From: Candidatus Saccharimonadota bacterium
Lineage (GTDB): Bacteria > Patescibacteriota > Saccharimonadia > Saccharimonadales > JACQNP01
Assembly: GCA_020428005.1 (NCBI GenBank)
Contig: JAGQNP010000005.1
Location: 1-24,000 of the forward strand
DNA: 24,000 nucleotides
Reading direction: 5' to 3'
Part shown: piece after piece, positions 1 through 8,534 of the stretch
Layout: every line of letters begins with the position of its first letter
Numbering within the stretch: the stretch's first letter is position 1
Made by a program: the position numbers and the translations under genes
The notes under the pieces: model-generated
What the model saw: only the letters and a program-made list of their open reading frames with translations
Database searches by the model: none
What the model was told of the DNA's origin: nothing

Positions 1-65
1 AAAGTCTTGCTGACTTTTTCTACCTCATCACTAAGTTCACTAATTTTTTTTGCCAACTCCTGCAT
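1..65 (-). CDS. 5' end of an unidentified gene that runs off the window (MQELAKKISELSDEVEKVSKT...)
   Basis: A minus-strand ATG at 65..63 opens a frame that stays open to position 1. A TATAAT hexamer (minus strand 78..73) lies exactly 7 nt upstream of the ATG, and no SD is visible. Only 21 codons are visible, so this call is weak. Confidence 0.3.
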   Translation of the reverse strand, partial: MQELAKKISELSDEVEKVSKT

Positions 66-93
66 TGATAAAATTATATCAGCGATTAATGGA

Positions 94-423
94 CTATGTT
101 AGCCAACTATCATCATCACCTAGCATTTTAATTTTCTTCATAAGATGTCTTAACCAAGAAGAAAGACCCATAACTATACCTAAAATTGCAATAATTGGTA
201 ATATATATCGCCATATCTGGCCCTGATACATAACAAATAACATGAAAGATAGACAGATAATAAATATTGACGCTAAGATTAGGGCAAATATTTTTGGAAC
301 ATAGTGTCTAAGTAGTGCTCCAAGAAAAAATGGTACAACGTAAACTACTGGAATAATAAATTCAATATCTATGCTAACCATGAAAGTTTCTGGCGAAACA
401 GCCTGAGCAATTAATCCAATCAT
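94..423 (-). CDS. Small 3-TM membrane protein with a basic amphipathic stretch and an acidic C-terminal GDDDSWLT tail (paralog of 1249..1593)
   Basis: 109-aa ORF with three hydrophobic helices. It shares ordered motifs with ORF 1249..1593: LIAQ, IPV-Y-VP, H-Y-PKI, IW-Y--PI-AILG, W-R-L-KK-K--GDDDS. Its ATG overlaps the upstream stop as ATGA (420..423). Confidence 0.75.
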   Translation of the reverse strand: MIGLIAQAVSPETFMVSIDIEFIIPVVYVVPFFLGALLRHYVPKIFALILASIFIICLSFMLFVMYQGQIWRYILPIIAILGIVMGLSSWLRHLMKKIKMLGDDDSWLT

Positions 424-1211
424 AGTGAAACCTCGCCCTTTATAACAACCGGCTTACCGTTGTACGTAAATCCTTTTTTTTCATAGACGAGAGAGACCGG
501 TGACTCGGACTTTTTGATCTCAAATATTACCCAGCCATGACGTTGTTGTTCGCCTGAACTAAGTTTTGATATAAGTGGGTCATAAAGTATGTTATTGGTC
601 GCATATTCACTCTTGAGCTGGTAGACTTTTACTTTTTCGCCTCCACTATTACGTAGATAAAAGTCGTCAGTTGTAACCTCTTTTGGTCCCTGAACTCCTC
701 TATAGCCTATTTCGAGTACAACCATTAAAAATTCATTTCCTTGTGCTGGTCTTGAACTAATATCAGGGTTCGACCAGTTAGGTACTATTTCTGGAACCAT
801 AAAGCTAACACCATCTGACATGTTAAGTTGATTCTTTTTGACAGTATTTATATCTTGCTGCCTTATGGAAAGATTGGTGTCTATTATTTGACTTAAGTCT
901 AATGCATTATCTGATAGCTCAATTACTTCTGGTTTTGATTTTTCAATCTCCTTCTCGGCAAAACTATCAATATTTTTTGATATATAAGCTGGGTCAGCCT
1001 TTTTATTTACATTCATTACCCAAATACCCGAAACAACAAAAATTAACGAAAATACTAAGATAACAAAGGCTAGAACATAAGAAGAAATCTTGCGGTTGTT
1101 AGATCTATTATTGTGCAGAAGCTTATCGGGCGCCACATCCGCTTCGATTTCCGACAACAGTTTATTGGAAAAATCTTCACTGGGTTGGTTATTATTGTAA
1201 TTTGATGTCAT
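420..1211 (-). CDS. Single-pass membrane protein with a C-terminal DUF4352-like (Ig-like beta-sandwich) ectodomain
   Basis: 263-aa ORF with a short polar N-terminus and one TM (SSYVLAFVILVFSLIFVVSGIWV). The C-terminal pattern GNEFLMVVLEIGYRG...DDFYLRNSGGEKV...GEQQRHGWVIFEI...SLVYE is typical of DUF4352 proteins. Paralog of 1590..2762. Confidence 0.8.
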   Translation of the reverse strand: MTSNYNNNQPSEDFSNKLLSEIEADVAPDKLLHNNRSNNRKISSYVLAFVILVFSLIFVVSGIWVMNVNKKADPAYISKNIDSFAEKEIEKSKPEVIELSDNALDLSQIIDTNLSIRQQDINTVKKNQLNMSDGVSFMVPEIVPNWSNPDISSRPAQGNEFLMVVLEIGYRGVQGPKEVTTDDFYLRNSGGEKVKVYQLKSEYATNNILYDPLISKLSSGEQQRHGWVIFEIKKSESPVSLVYEKKGFTYNGKPVVIKGEVSL

Positions 1212-1248
1212 CGGTTGTCATTAGACCTTTCAATAATAAGCAACGGTA

Positions 1249-1593
1249 CTAGCCGAAATAAGAATCGTCATCTCCAATATTCTTAACTTTTTTGAGAAGA
1301 AACCTCACCCAACCAGACATACCTGAGAGCCCACCTAGAATAGCGACAATTGGCATAACATACTTCCAAATCGCATAATCATAATAAAGAACGTAAGACA
1401 AATAGGCTGTACTGAGGGTAAATACAACACTTGCAATTGTGCCTAAAATTTTTGGAGAATAACGATGCATAAGTACGCAAACTACTAGAGGTACTAAGTA
1501 GAAAACAGGAATCACAAACTGGGGATCAATATCAACCTTATATGTTGTATATTTTGGTGCAGACTGAGCTATTAATATATAGAGATGTTTCAT
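1249..1593 (-). CDS. Small 3-TM membrane protein ending in GDDDSYFG (paralog of 94..423)
   Basis: 114-aa ORF with the same helix layout and conserved motifs as ORF 94..423. Its ATG overlaps the upstream stop as ATGA (1590..1593). Confidence 0.75.
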   Translation of the reverse strand: MKHLYILIAQSAPKYTTYKVDIDPQFVIPVFYLVPLVVCVLMHRYSPKILGTIASVVFTLSTAYLSYVLYYDYAIWKYVMPIVAILGGLSGMSGWVRFLLKKVKNIGDDDSYFG

Positions 1594-2762
1594 TGCTTGA
1601 TATCCACGCTTACTTTCATCGAAAATTCCTTACCGCTACTATCATAATCATACCCTTTGTCTTCATATATCAATGTAACGGCCTCACCCTTATCAACTTC
1701 AAAAACAAGGTATCCAACAAGCTTGTCGCCAGGATTCAGACTTCCACTATTCTTGAAGCCATCATCTCCTAGACTGTCAGTATTAACAAATCTAGTATCT
1801 TGAAGGCCGCCTTTAGAATTTAATAACTGGAAACTACCTGTCGACATATACTTCGAGCCACTTTTTGCACGATTACCTACAGCTACTTTTATTAATATAT
1901 ACTCTTTGCCTGATGCAGGCTTTGAGTACTTGTCTCCATTATCCCATCCTCTTTTAGACTCAAGCACAGCTAAAGTGGCTCCATTAGACAGGTTAACCTG
2001 TTTATTATATTCCGGTTTAATATCTTGTGGACGCTGTGCTAGTGTACCGTCGAATAACTTCGAGACATCGAGCTGACCATCATTTAAATCTTGTATCTCT
2101 GTTTCACTATCCTTTAATGCTTGTTTTTTATCCTTTTCTCTTTGGGCTGCATTTGGGTTTGAATACTCCTTCAAGGCTTGCCTAGAACTTGCAACATGCC
2201 TGGCTGCATATATATTCACACCAGAACCAGCGAATGCAATTACTACAAAAATAATACCTAATAATTTTGTCAGTTTAGTTTGAGGAACATTATTGTTATC
2301 ACCACGAAAAGTAAGTTTTGCTACCAGTGTAACTAAGGGTGTTTTCTTATTTTGTGGCATTGGATTCTGCATCTGTGGCTGTCCCTGCATAGGCGCCATT
2401 CCAGGTTGTTGTGGGTATGCTGATGGCTGTGGCGTCTGAGGTTGAATAGGTGGTTGTGCAACTTGCTGTCCTGTAACTTGCGGTTGAGGTGTTACCTGTT
2501 GCTGTGCCATTTCAGGTTGAATTGGCTGCTGTTGTACAAAGTTGGCATCAACCTGCTGTGGAGGCATTGTTTGCTGAGGTGTAGGTGTAACTTGTGGTTG
2601 AATTGGCGATTGAGGCTGTAGTGGTTGTTGTGGAGATAGTGATGAATTTGGTTGCTGGATGGGGTCTATTGGTGCTTGTGGTTGGACATTGTTAGGCGTA
2701 GTAATACCAGGACTGTCATTGGGATTAAAATTAGTGTTTGTTGGGTTTTGATTATTATCCAT
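1590..2762 (-). CDS. Single-pass membrane protein with a long Pro/Gln-rich N-terminal region and a C-terminal DUF4352-like ectodomain
   Basis: 390-aa ORF. About 120 aa are P/Q-rich low complexity, followed by one TM (LLGIIFVVIAFAGSGVNIYAA). The C-terminal pattern GKEYILIKVAVGNRA...GSFQLLNSKGG...LNPGDKLVGYLVFEV...TLIYE is DUF4352-like. Confidence 0.8.
   Translation of the reverse strand: MDNNQNPTNTNFNPNDSPGITTPNNVQPQAPIDPIQQPNSSLSPQQPLQPQSPIQPQVTPTPQQTMPPQQVDANFVQQQPIQPEMAQQQVTPQPQVTGQQVAQPPIQPQTPQPSAYPQQPGMAPMQGQPQMQNPMPQNKKTPLVTLVAKLTFRGDNNNVPQTKLTKLLGIIFVVIAFAGSGVNIYAARHVASSRQALKEYSNPNAAQREKDKKQALKDSETEIQDLNDGQLDVSKLFDGTLAQRPQDIKPEYNKQVNLSNGATLAVLESKRGWDNGDKYSKPASGKEYILIKVAVGNRAKSGSKYMSTGSFQLLNSKGGLQDTRFVNTDSLGDDGFKNSGSLNPGDKLVGYLVFEVDKGEAVTLIYEDKGYDYDSSGKEFSMKVSVDIKQ
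2346..2690 (-). repeat. Low-complexity Pro/Gln-rich coding tract within CDS 1590..2762
   Basis: The translation is dominated by QP, PQ, QQP and IQPQ units. On the plus strand the DNA is locally G/T-rich, with recurring ggttg / tggttgaattgg strings (for example near 2511-2534 and 2592-2614). I could find no exact periodic unit. Confidence 0.6.
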
Positions 2763-2830
2763 ATGGAATTAGGTCCAATTTCATAGATTATTGTATCTGG
2801 TGGAAGTTATAAGCACAAGTGGTAAGTATA

Positions 2831-4120
2831 TCAAGACTGCCAAAGTGGCAATAATTGCGTTTGATGATCATCGACAAATTGTGAGCCACAATTTCCAAGA
2901 ACTCCAAGCCCCCATACATTTTCAGCAAACAATGCTTTAGATATATCAACAATTCTGTTTCTTGTTACTGCCTCAATACGCTCAGGTATCTTGTAGTAGT
3001 CATCAATGATTTCTTCGAAAAAATATCGATTCGCATATCCATAGGCTGTGCCACTAACGGTTTGACCACTCCTTTGGTATCGACCAAGTGCATATTGCTT
3101 TGCGGCCTTTATGTCTTTTTCTGATATCTTATCTTCAAATACTTGCATCAGTTCTTTAATCATAATATTGAATAGCTCTGTGGAATTTTTTGGCAAAACC
3201 TGAGCACCAAACCACCAGTTACTGCTTTTGTATGTTTGCCCGATGCCAGAGCTCATGTGATACACGAGACCCTTTTCTCTAGCGGCACCTAAAATTTTTG
3301 AGTGTAATGTTTCACACATCATATTATTTATGAGATTTAGTGAATCATTTTCGTCATCACTCATTCTTCGATTCATGAATGTATCAACATAGAAGTATAT
3401 ATTATCAATGGTTTTGTTCTCTATATAAACAGGGGCATTTAGTCTTCGGGGTTTCTCATTGGGTAATTCAAAACGTCCATCACCTTTAGGTAGTTCTATA
3501 GATTGTAATAACTGCTTAAGTACTTTTTTTCGTTCTAATGGCAACTTACCCGCAATTACAAACCTCATATTTGAAGTCATGTGCGTTTTTTTGTAATGAG
3601 TAACAATATCACTAATTATTACGTTATTAATAAGAGCTAGTCGTTCGTGATCAGTCAAAACCTTAAATCCAAAACTATTCCTAAGAGTTAGGCTCAGCTC
3701 GCGGAAGTGGTTATTTGATCTAGCGTTGAGCTCCTCAACAACGTTACCGAATTCTGCCTGAAATTCTTCTTCTAAAAATAATGGTTTTGATATAGCAATC
3801 ATGAGCAAACTCGCTATTCTGTCCCACTCAAAATCAGCACACTCGGCTTCATAAGTAATATCATACGTTCCGGTACTTGCATTAGAGTAGGCTCCATTTT
3901 TTTCAAACTCAGCCTGAAAATTGCGAGCTTTTGGAATCATTTCGTTTGCACCAAGAAGAACATGTTCCATTAAGTGTGGTGTTTCCCACTTATCACGTTC
4001 AACTAAATACTCACCAGCACGAAAATTAATTTGAAAACTAACAACCGTTGCATCTGGAATATGAATAAACAGACCTTTTGAGCCATTAGCTAACGATACT
4101 TCACTGACAGTATGCTTCAC
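2831..4120 (-). CDS. M16 family (pitrilysin/insulinase-like) zinc peptidase
   Basis: 429-aa ORF. It has the inverted zinc motif HxxEH (ETPHLMEHVLLG) near the N-terminus, a downstream NASTGTYDITYEAE segment, and a two-lobed length typical of M16. It starts at GTG only 12 nt after the secA stop. Confidence 0.85.
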   Translation of the reverse strand: MKHTVSEVSLANGSKGLFIHIPDATVVSFQINFRAGEYLVERDKWETPHLMEHVLLGANEMIPKARNFQAEFEKNGAYSNASTGTYDITYEAECADFEWDRIASLLMIAISKPLFLEEEFQAEFGNVVEELNARSNNHFRELSLTLRNSFGFKVLTDHERLALINNVIISDIVTHYKKTHMTSNMRFVIAGKLPLERKKVLKQLLQSIELPKGDGRFELPNEKPRRLNAPVYIENKTIDNIYFYVDTFMNRRMSDDENDSLNLINNMMCETLHSKILGAAREKGLVYHMSSGIGQTYKSSNWWFGAQVLPKNSTELFNIMIKELMQVFEDKISEKDIKAAKQYALGRYQRSGQTVSGTAYGYANRYFFEEIIDDYYKIPERIEAVTRNRIVDISKALFAENVWGLGVLGNCGSQFVDDHQTQLLPLWQS

Positions 4121-4132
4121 TTTATTTTTTAC

Positions 4133-6733
4133 CTATTTACGACTTCGACGCTTACTTGCCTTTTTACGATTGCGTTCAGCTTTACGAGCTTTTTTAATTT
4201 TGTTATGTGATACCTTTTTTGTAGCCTTTTCTGACTGAATCGGAATAAAGTCAGTTTCATGAAATTCCTCTGCCTCAATAATCTTGTCTGCGTTACTAAC
4301 AGATTTTCTTGCAGCTTTAGTAAGCTCGGTTTCAATTGGATCATCCAAGTCTACTGGTTCAGCATTAAATATTGCTCTAATAACTTCACTTCTTAACGAA
4401 CTTTGCATTTCTTCAAACATTCTTTGAGCTTGTCTTCTATATTCAACCAGCGGATCACGTTGACCAACTGATATCCAATGTATACCTTCGCGCATATGGT
4501 CCATGTTTTCTAGATGCTGCATCCATAAGTTATCCAAAATCTGTAGATAAATATCTCTCTCTACTTTCCGCATAACTTCCTTACCAAATGCAGCTTCTCT
4601 TGCCTCGTAAATTTCTAAAACTTCAGTCTTTAGTACATCACCAAACTTTGTGGCATCACTATCAAATAATCTATCCAGCGTCGCCTCATCAAATGGAAAC
4701 GCTTCTTTAACTAAAGTGTCGAATTTGTCACTTAGTAACATGGGTGATTTTGATAACAGATCACACTCTTCTTCTATGAAAGTTTTTACCCTTTTACTTA
4801 TATCACTTTGCTTAAGCATTTCTTTTCGCATAGAATATGTTGCTTTTCGATGACGATTCATAACATCGTCGTATTGAACAACATTTTTCCTAGAATCGAA
4901 GTTATATCCCTCAACCTTTTTCTGTGCGGCTTCAAGTGATTTTGAAATTACTCTATTTTCAATTGGCGTTTCATCATCTACACCAAGTCTTTCCATGACT
5001 GAGCCTATTCGTTCACCGCCAAATATTCTCATCAAATCATCTTCTGTGCTAACAAAGAACTGCGTTACACCAGGATCTCCCTGTCTACCAGATCTACCAC
5101 GTAACTGATTGTCGATTCTTCTTGACTCGTGGCGCTCTGAACCCAAAACAAATAATCCACCAGCTTCTTTTACCCCCTTGCCCAAAACAATATCAGTACC
5201 ACGACCAGCAATATTTGTGGCTAAAGTAACGGCGCCCTTTTCGCCTGCTTTTTCTACAATCGATGCTTCTCTTTCATTATTTTTGGCATTTAATACTTGG
5301 TGCGGAACTTTTGCTTTATTAAGAAGGTTGCTAAGTAATTCATTCTTTTCGATCGAAACCGTACCAATTAGAACTGGCTGCCCCTTTTGATGTAAGGTTT
5401 TAATCTCACGGACAATTGCCTTAAATTTGCCAAGTTCAGTTTTGTAAATACGGTCTGGCCTGTCATCACGTACTACTGGTTTATTAGGTGGTATCTGAAT
5501 TACGTCAAGCTTATAAATTTGATGAAACTCTTCACTCTCTGTCTCGGCCGTACCTGTCATTCCAGATAGTTTTTCATAAAGTCTAAAGTAATTCTGGAAA
5601 CTAATTGTTGCCAAGGTCATTGACTCCTCTTGAACTTCAACACCTTCTTTCGCTTCTATCGCTTGATGCAATCCCTCGTTGTATCGTCTACCAGGTAACA
5701 GCCTACCTGTAAATTCATCGACGATTACCACTTCGCCATCAGCAGTAACAACATAATCCTTATCACGCTTAAAAAGTGCTTCGGCCTTCAGTGCTTGTTC
5801 GAGATGATAAATAGTTCTTATGTTGTCTGTTCCATATAAAGAATCAATACCAAGAATTTTTTGAACATGTTCTATTCCATCATCGTTCAGTACTACTGAT
5901 TTTTTCTTCTCGTCAACCTCGTAATCTGTATCTTTTTTTAATTGACGTACAACTTTTGAAAACTGAGAGTAGGCATTTCCACTAGTTACTGATGGTGCGG
6001 AAATAATAAGTGGTGTACGTGCCTCATCAATCAAGATTGAGTCAACTTCGTCCACAATGGCATAGTGAAGATCTCGTTGTCTCAACTGGTCAACTTCACG
6101 AACCATATTATCGCGCAAGTAATCAAACCCAAATTCGTTATTAGTTCCATAAGTTATATCTGCAGCGTATGCTTCTTGTCTAGTGCACGGCTTTAAATGC
6201 TTAAGGCGCTTATCGTCATGTTTTTTGTTCTCAAAGCTTTTATCATAAATATAGGACTCATCAGCAATAATCACACCAGTTGTAAGTCCTAAAAAGTCAT
6301 AAACCTCACCCATCCAACCTGCATCGCGTTGAGCAAGATAATCGTTAACTGTTACTAGATGAGCGCCCTTCTCAGTCAAGGCGTTTAGATACATAGGTAG
6401 AGTTGCTACCAAAGTTTTTCCCTCACCTGTCTTCATTTCAGCAACGTTGCCTTCATGCATCGCCATACCGCCAACAAGCTGGACATCGTAGTGTCGCTGT
6501 CCTAGAGTACGTGTAGCCGCTTCACGAACAACAGCAAAAGCATCAGGCAGAATCTTGTCGAGTGATTCCTTTTTCAGCCTTTTTTTAAGTAAGTCTGTCT
6601 GTTCTCTAAGTTTTTTGTCAGATAACTTCTTATATTTTGGCGCCAACTTATTAATGTCATTAACCCTTTTAGTAAGACGCTTTAGTGTTCGAACTTGCGG
6701 ATCACCTAATACTTTCTTAAGAACTTTTTTCAC
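4133..6733 (-). CDS. secA: Preprotein translocase ATPase SecA
   Basis: 866-aa ORF with canonical SecA strings: MKTGEGKTLV (Walker A), IVDEVDSILIDEARTPLIIS (DEAD-like), TNIAGRGTDI, LRGRSGRQGDPG. GTG start with a GAGGG SD about 6 nt upstream. The C-terminus is poly-basic and has no Cys-rich zinc finger. Confidence 0.97.
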   Translation of the reverse strand: MKKVLKKVLGDPQVRTLKRLTKRVNDINKLAPKYKKLSDKKLREQTDLLKKRLKKESLDKILPDAFAVVREAATRTLGQRHYDVQLVGGMAMHEGNVAEMKTGEGKTLVATLPMYLNALTEKGAHLVTVNDYLAQRDAGWMGEVYDFLGLTTGVIIADESYIYDKSFENKKHDDKRLKHLKPCTRQEAYAADITYGTNNEFGFDYLRDNMVREVDQLRQRDLHYAIVDEVDSILIDEARTPLIISAPSVTSGNAYSQFSKVVRQLKKDTDYEVDEKKKSVVLNDDGIEHVQKILGIDSLYGTDNIRTIYHLEQALKAEALFKRDKDYVVTADGEVVIVDEFTGRLLPGRRYNEGLHQAIEAKEGVEVQEESMTLATISFQNYFRLYEKLSGMTGTAETESEEFHQIYKLDVIQIPPNKPVVRDDRPDRIYKTELGKFKAIVREIKTLHQKGQPVLIGTVSIEKNELLSNLLNKAKVPHQVLNAKNNEREASIVEKAGEKGAVTLATNIAGRGTDIVLGKGVKEAGGLFVLGSERHESRRIDNQLRGRSGRQGDPGVTQFFVSTEDDLMRIFGGERIGSVMERLGVDDETPIENRVISKSLEAAQKKVEGYNFDSRKNVVQYDDVMNRHRKATYSMRKEMLKQSDISKRVKTFIEEECDLLSKSPMLLSDKFDTLVKEAFPFDEATLDRLFDSDATKFGDVLKTEVLEIYEAREAAFGKEVMRKVERDIYLQILDNLWMQHLENMDHMREGIHWISVGQRDPLVEYRRQAQRMFEEMQSSLRSEVIRAIFNAEPVDLDDPIETELTKAARKSVSNADKIIEAEEFHETDFIPIQSEKATKKVSHNKIKKARKAERNRKKASKRRSRK

Positions 6734-6826
6734 CTATTTCCCTCTCAATTTGACTGTAACAAAATATTCTTACCTATTGTACATTAGTAGGGCTAAATAT
6801 GCAGAGTAATTTTACCAACGTTTTAC

Positions 6827-7186
6827 TTATTGGTTCCTCATAAATTTAGATATTACTCGACGATGTAGGCCACGTGTTCCATGAGTGTCCTTGTATTTTT
6901 TTATCTGATTTTTTAGTTTTGCTTCAACAATATCAATTGCAGCGTACATATTGATGGTTGATTCTTTTGTAGTTAATTGCTCATGAGGCAAATATAAGAT
7001 AACTTCACAAGTACACACTTTTTTTGTTTTTATCTTCGATTCTTTCAGAATAATTTCTGCGTGAGCACTTTCGCGAGAATTACGTGGAATATATTTATCA
7101 AGTTTGCCTATTTTGCTTCTGGCATACTTCTTAAGATCATTGTCCAAGGTCGTGCGAATTCCGGTTATTTCTAGTTTTTTTATCAT
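6827..7186 (-). CDS. hpf: Ribosome hibernation promoting factor / RaiA family (short form)
   Basis: 119-aa ORF with LEITG...L..Y...K..KLDKY...AHAEIIL...CEVILYLP....TKESTINMYAAIDIVEAKLKNQIKKYK, matching the HPF/YfiA fold pattern. Its ATG overlaps the serS stop as TAATG. Confidence 0.9.
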   Translation of the reverse strand: MIKKLEITGIRTTLDNDLKKYARSKIGKLDKYIPRNSRESAHAEIILKESKIKTKKVCTCEVILYLPHEQLTTKESTINMYAAIDIVEAKLKNQIKKYKDTHGTRGLHRRVISKFMRNQ

Positions 7187-8487
7187 TATATTCTATCCTT
7201 TCCATTCATATATGATCTTAATATTTCTGGTATAACTACATCTCCCTGCTCTGTCTGAAAGTTTTCAATAATAGCTATAAGTGGTCTTTGGGACAAAGCT
7301 GTAGCATCGTTATTATGCACAAGTGCAGTTGAGCCATCTTGATGGCGACGATATTTCGTGTTCATGCGTCGAGCTTGATAGTCAGTTATTAGGTCTGCAG
7401 TGTGAGTTTCTCGGTATTTTCCCTGACTTGGAAGCCAAACATCAATATCAACTCCACGTGCATTGGGTCCTCCGATATCAGCTGTACACTTTGTAACAAC
7501 TTGATAAGGCAACCCTAGCTCTTGCATAAGACTTTCCTGAATTGCAATCATCAGAAAATGTTCGTTCAATGAGGACTCCGGTGTAGTAAAACTCTCCATT
7601 TCCAGCTTATTGAACTGGTGCATCCGTAAGAAGCCTTCCATATCTTTGCCATATGTACCAGCTTCACGCCTGAAAGCGGTGGTATAGCCTACATATCGAA
7701 TCGGTAATTTTTCTTCGTCAATGATCTCGTTCAAATACATAGGTGCCAATACATGTTCAGCGCTAGCATTTAGCCATAAATCATCATCGGCTAATTTATA
7801 TGTTTGTTGTTCTTTATCTAATCTACCTGTAGCTTCATATACTTCAGTTTTGGCAACTGCTGGTGGTTGCACAGCTACAAAAGGCTTGGTATCAAGTTGC
7901 AGATCATTCTCACTGATAATTTTAGATATGAAATCTTGGTCAGTAAGACGAGATAAAGCAAACATATTAAGAGCCCAATCAAGGATTACAAGGTCTCCCT
8001 TTAAATATGCAAATCTTGAGCCCGCAACTTTGGCAGCACGTTCCTTATCTAGCCAACCTTTTGCTATGGCAATTTCAGAGTGATTTTTTGGTTTAAATTC
8101 AAAATCTGGCTTATCTCCAACAGTTTTTGTGATTACGTTTTCATCTTCACTTGCACCTACCGGGACGTCATCAAGCGGCATATTTGGTATGGATTTAAGT
8201 ATTTGTAGTCTTTTTTTGTCAATTTCGTCGAATTTTGACTCTAAATCCGAAAGTTCAGATTTAATTTGAGAACCTATTTCAATCTGTTCCGGAGTAGGTT
8301 TTCCTTGCCTCTTAATTGTCTCAGCATGTTCATTTCGGCGTGCTCTTATAGTGTCAATCTCTGATTGGAGTTGGCGATGTTGCTTATCCAGATACAAAAG
8401 ATTATCAATATCGACTGAGTACCCTTTTTGCTCAGATTTTTGTTTTACTAAATCAGGATTGTCTCTTATATATTGAATATCTAGCAT
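7186..8487 (-). CDS. serS: Seryl-tRNA synthetase
   Basis: It has the class II SerRS N-terminal coiled coil and catalytic-core strings TAFRREAGTYGKD, RMHQFNKLE and class II motif 3. I place the start at the ATG at 8487 (MLDIQYIRDNP, the usual SerRS N-terminus). The longest ORF extends to 8511. Confidence 0.95.
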   Translation of the reverse strand: MLDIQYIRDNPDLVKQKSEQKGYSVDIDNLLYLDKQHRQLQSEIDTIRARRNEHAETIKRQGKPTPEQIEIGSQIKSELSDLESKFDEIDKKRLQILKSIPNMPLDDVPVGASEDENVITKTVGDKPDFEFKPKNHSEIAIAKGWLDKERAAKVAGSRFAYLKGDLVILDWALNMFALSRLTDQDFISKIISENDLQLDTKPFVAVQPPAVAKTEVYEATGRLDKEQQTYKLADDDLWLNASAEHVLAPMYLNEIIDEEKLPIRYVGYTTAFRREAGTYGKDMEGFLRMHQFNKLEMESFTTPESSLNEHFLMIAIQESLMQELGLPYQVVTKCTADIGGPNARGVDIDVWLPSQGKYRETHTADLITDYQARRMNTKYRRHQDGSTALVHNNDATALSQRPLIAIIENFQTEQGDVVIPEILRSYMNGKDRI

Positions 8488-8534
8488 TGTGTTTATAGTA
8501 TAACCCAGCATCTGGTATTTGGACTAGGGACTTA

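Noticed and set aside
2346-2690. The G/T-rich stretch as a DNA tandem repeat or minisatellite
   Set aside because: I could not find a fixed-period unit. Similarity between segments is limited to short strings imposed by repeated CAA/CAG/CCA/CCT (Gln/Pro) codons, so it is better described as low-complexity coding sequence.
4129-6809. Track ORFs nested in or antisense to secA (4129..4344 minus; 4650..4853, 5109..5390 and 6555..6809 plus)
   Set aside because: They lie wholly inside a strongly supported SecA reading frame. Their translations are low-complexity, Ser/Leu/Phe-rich shadow sequences with no recognisable motifs. The same reasoning applies to 1542..1772, 7721..8083, 8676..8873, 9517..9714, 9922..10137, 10053..10271, 10713..10931, 11526..11777, 11964..12191, 12359..12628, 13750..13938, 15172..15544, 16022..16273, 16532..16882, 17890..18409, 18773..18964, 20690..20969 and 22613..23017.
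7186-8511. Longest-ORF start of serS at 8511 (MLGYTINTMLDIQY...)
   Set aside because: SerRS proteins typically begin MLD(I/L)..(I/L)R.NP. The ATG at 8487 gives exactly that N-terminus, so the extra 8 codons are probably untranslated. This is not certain without orthologue alignment.
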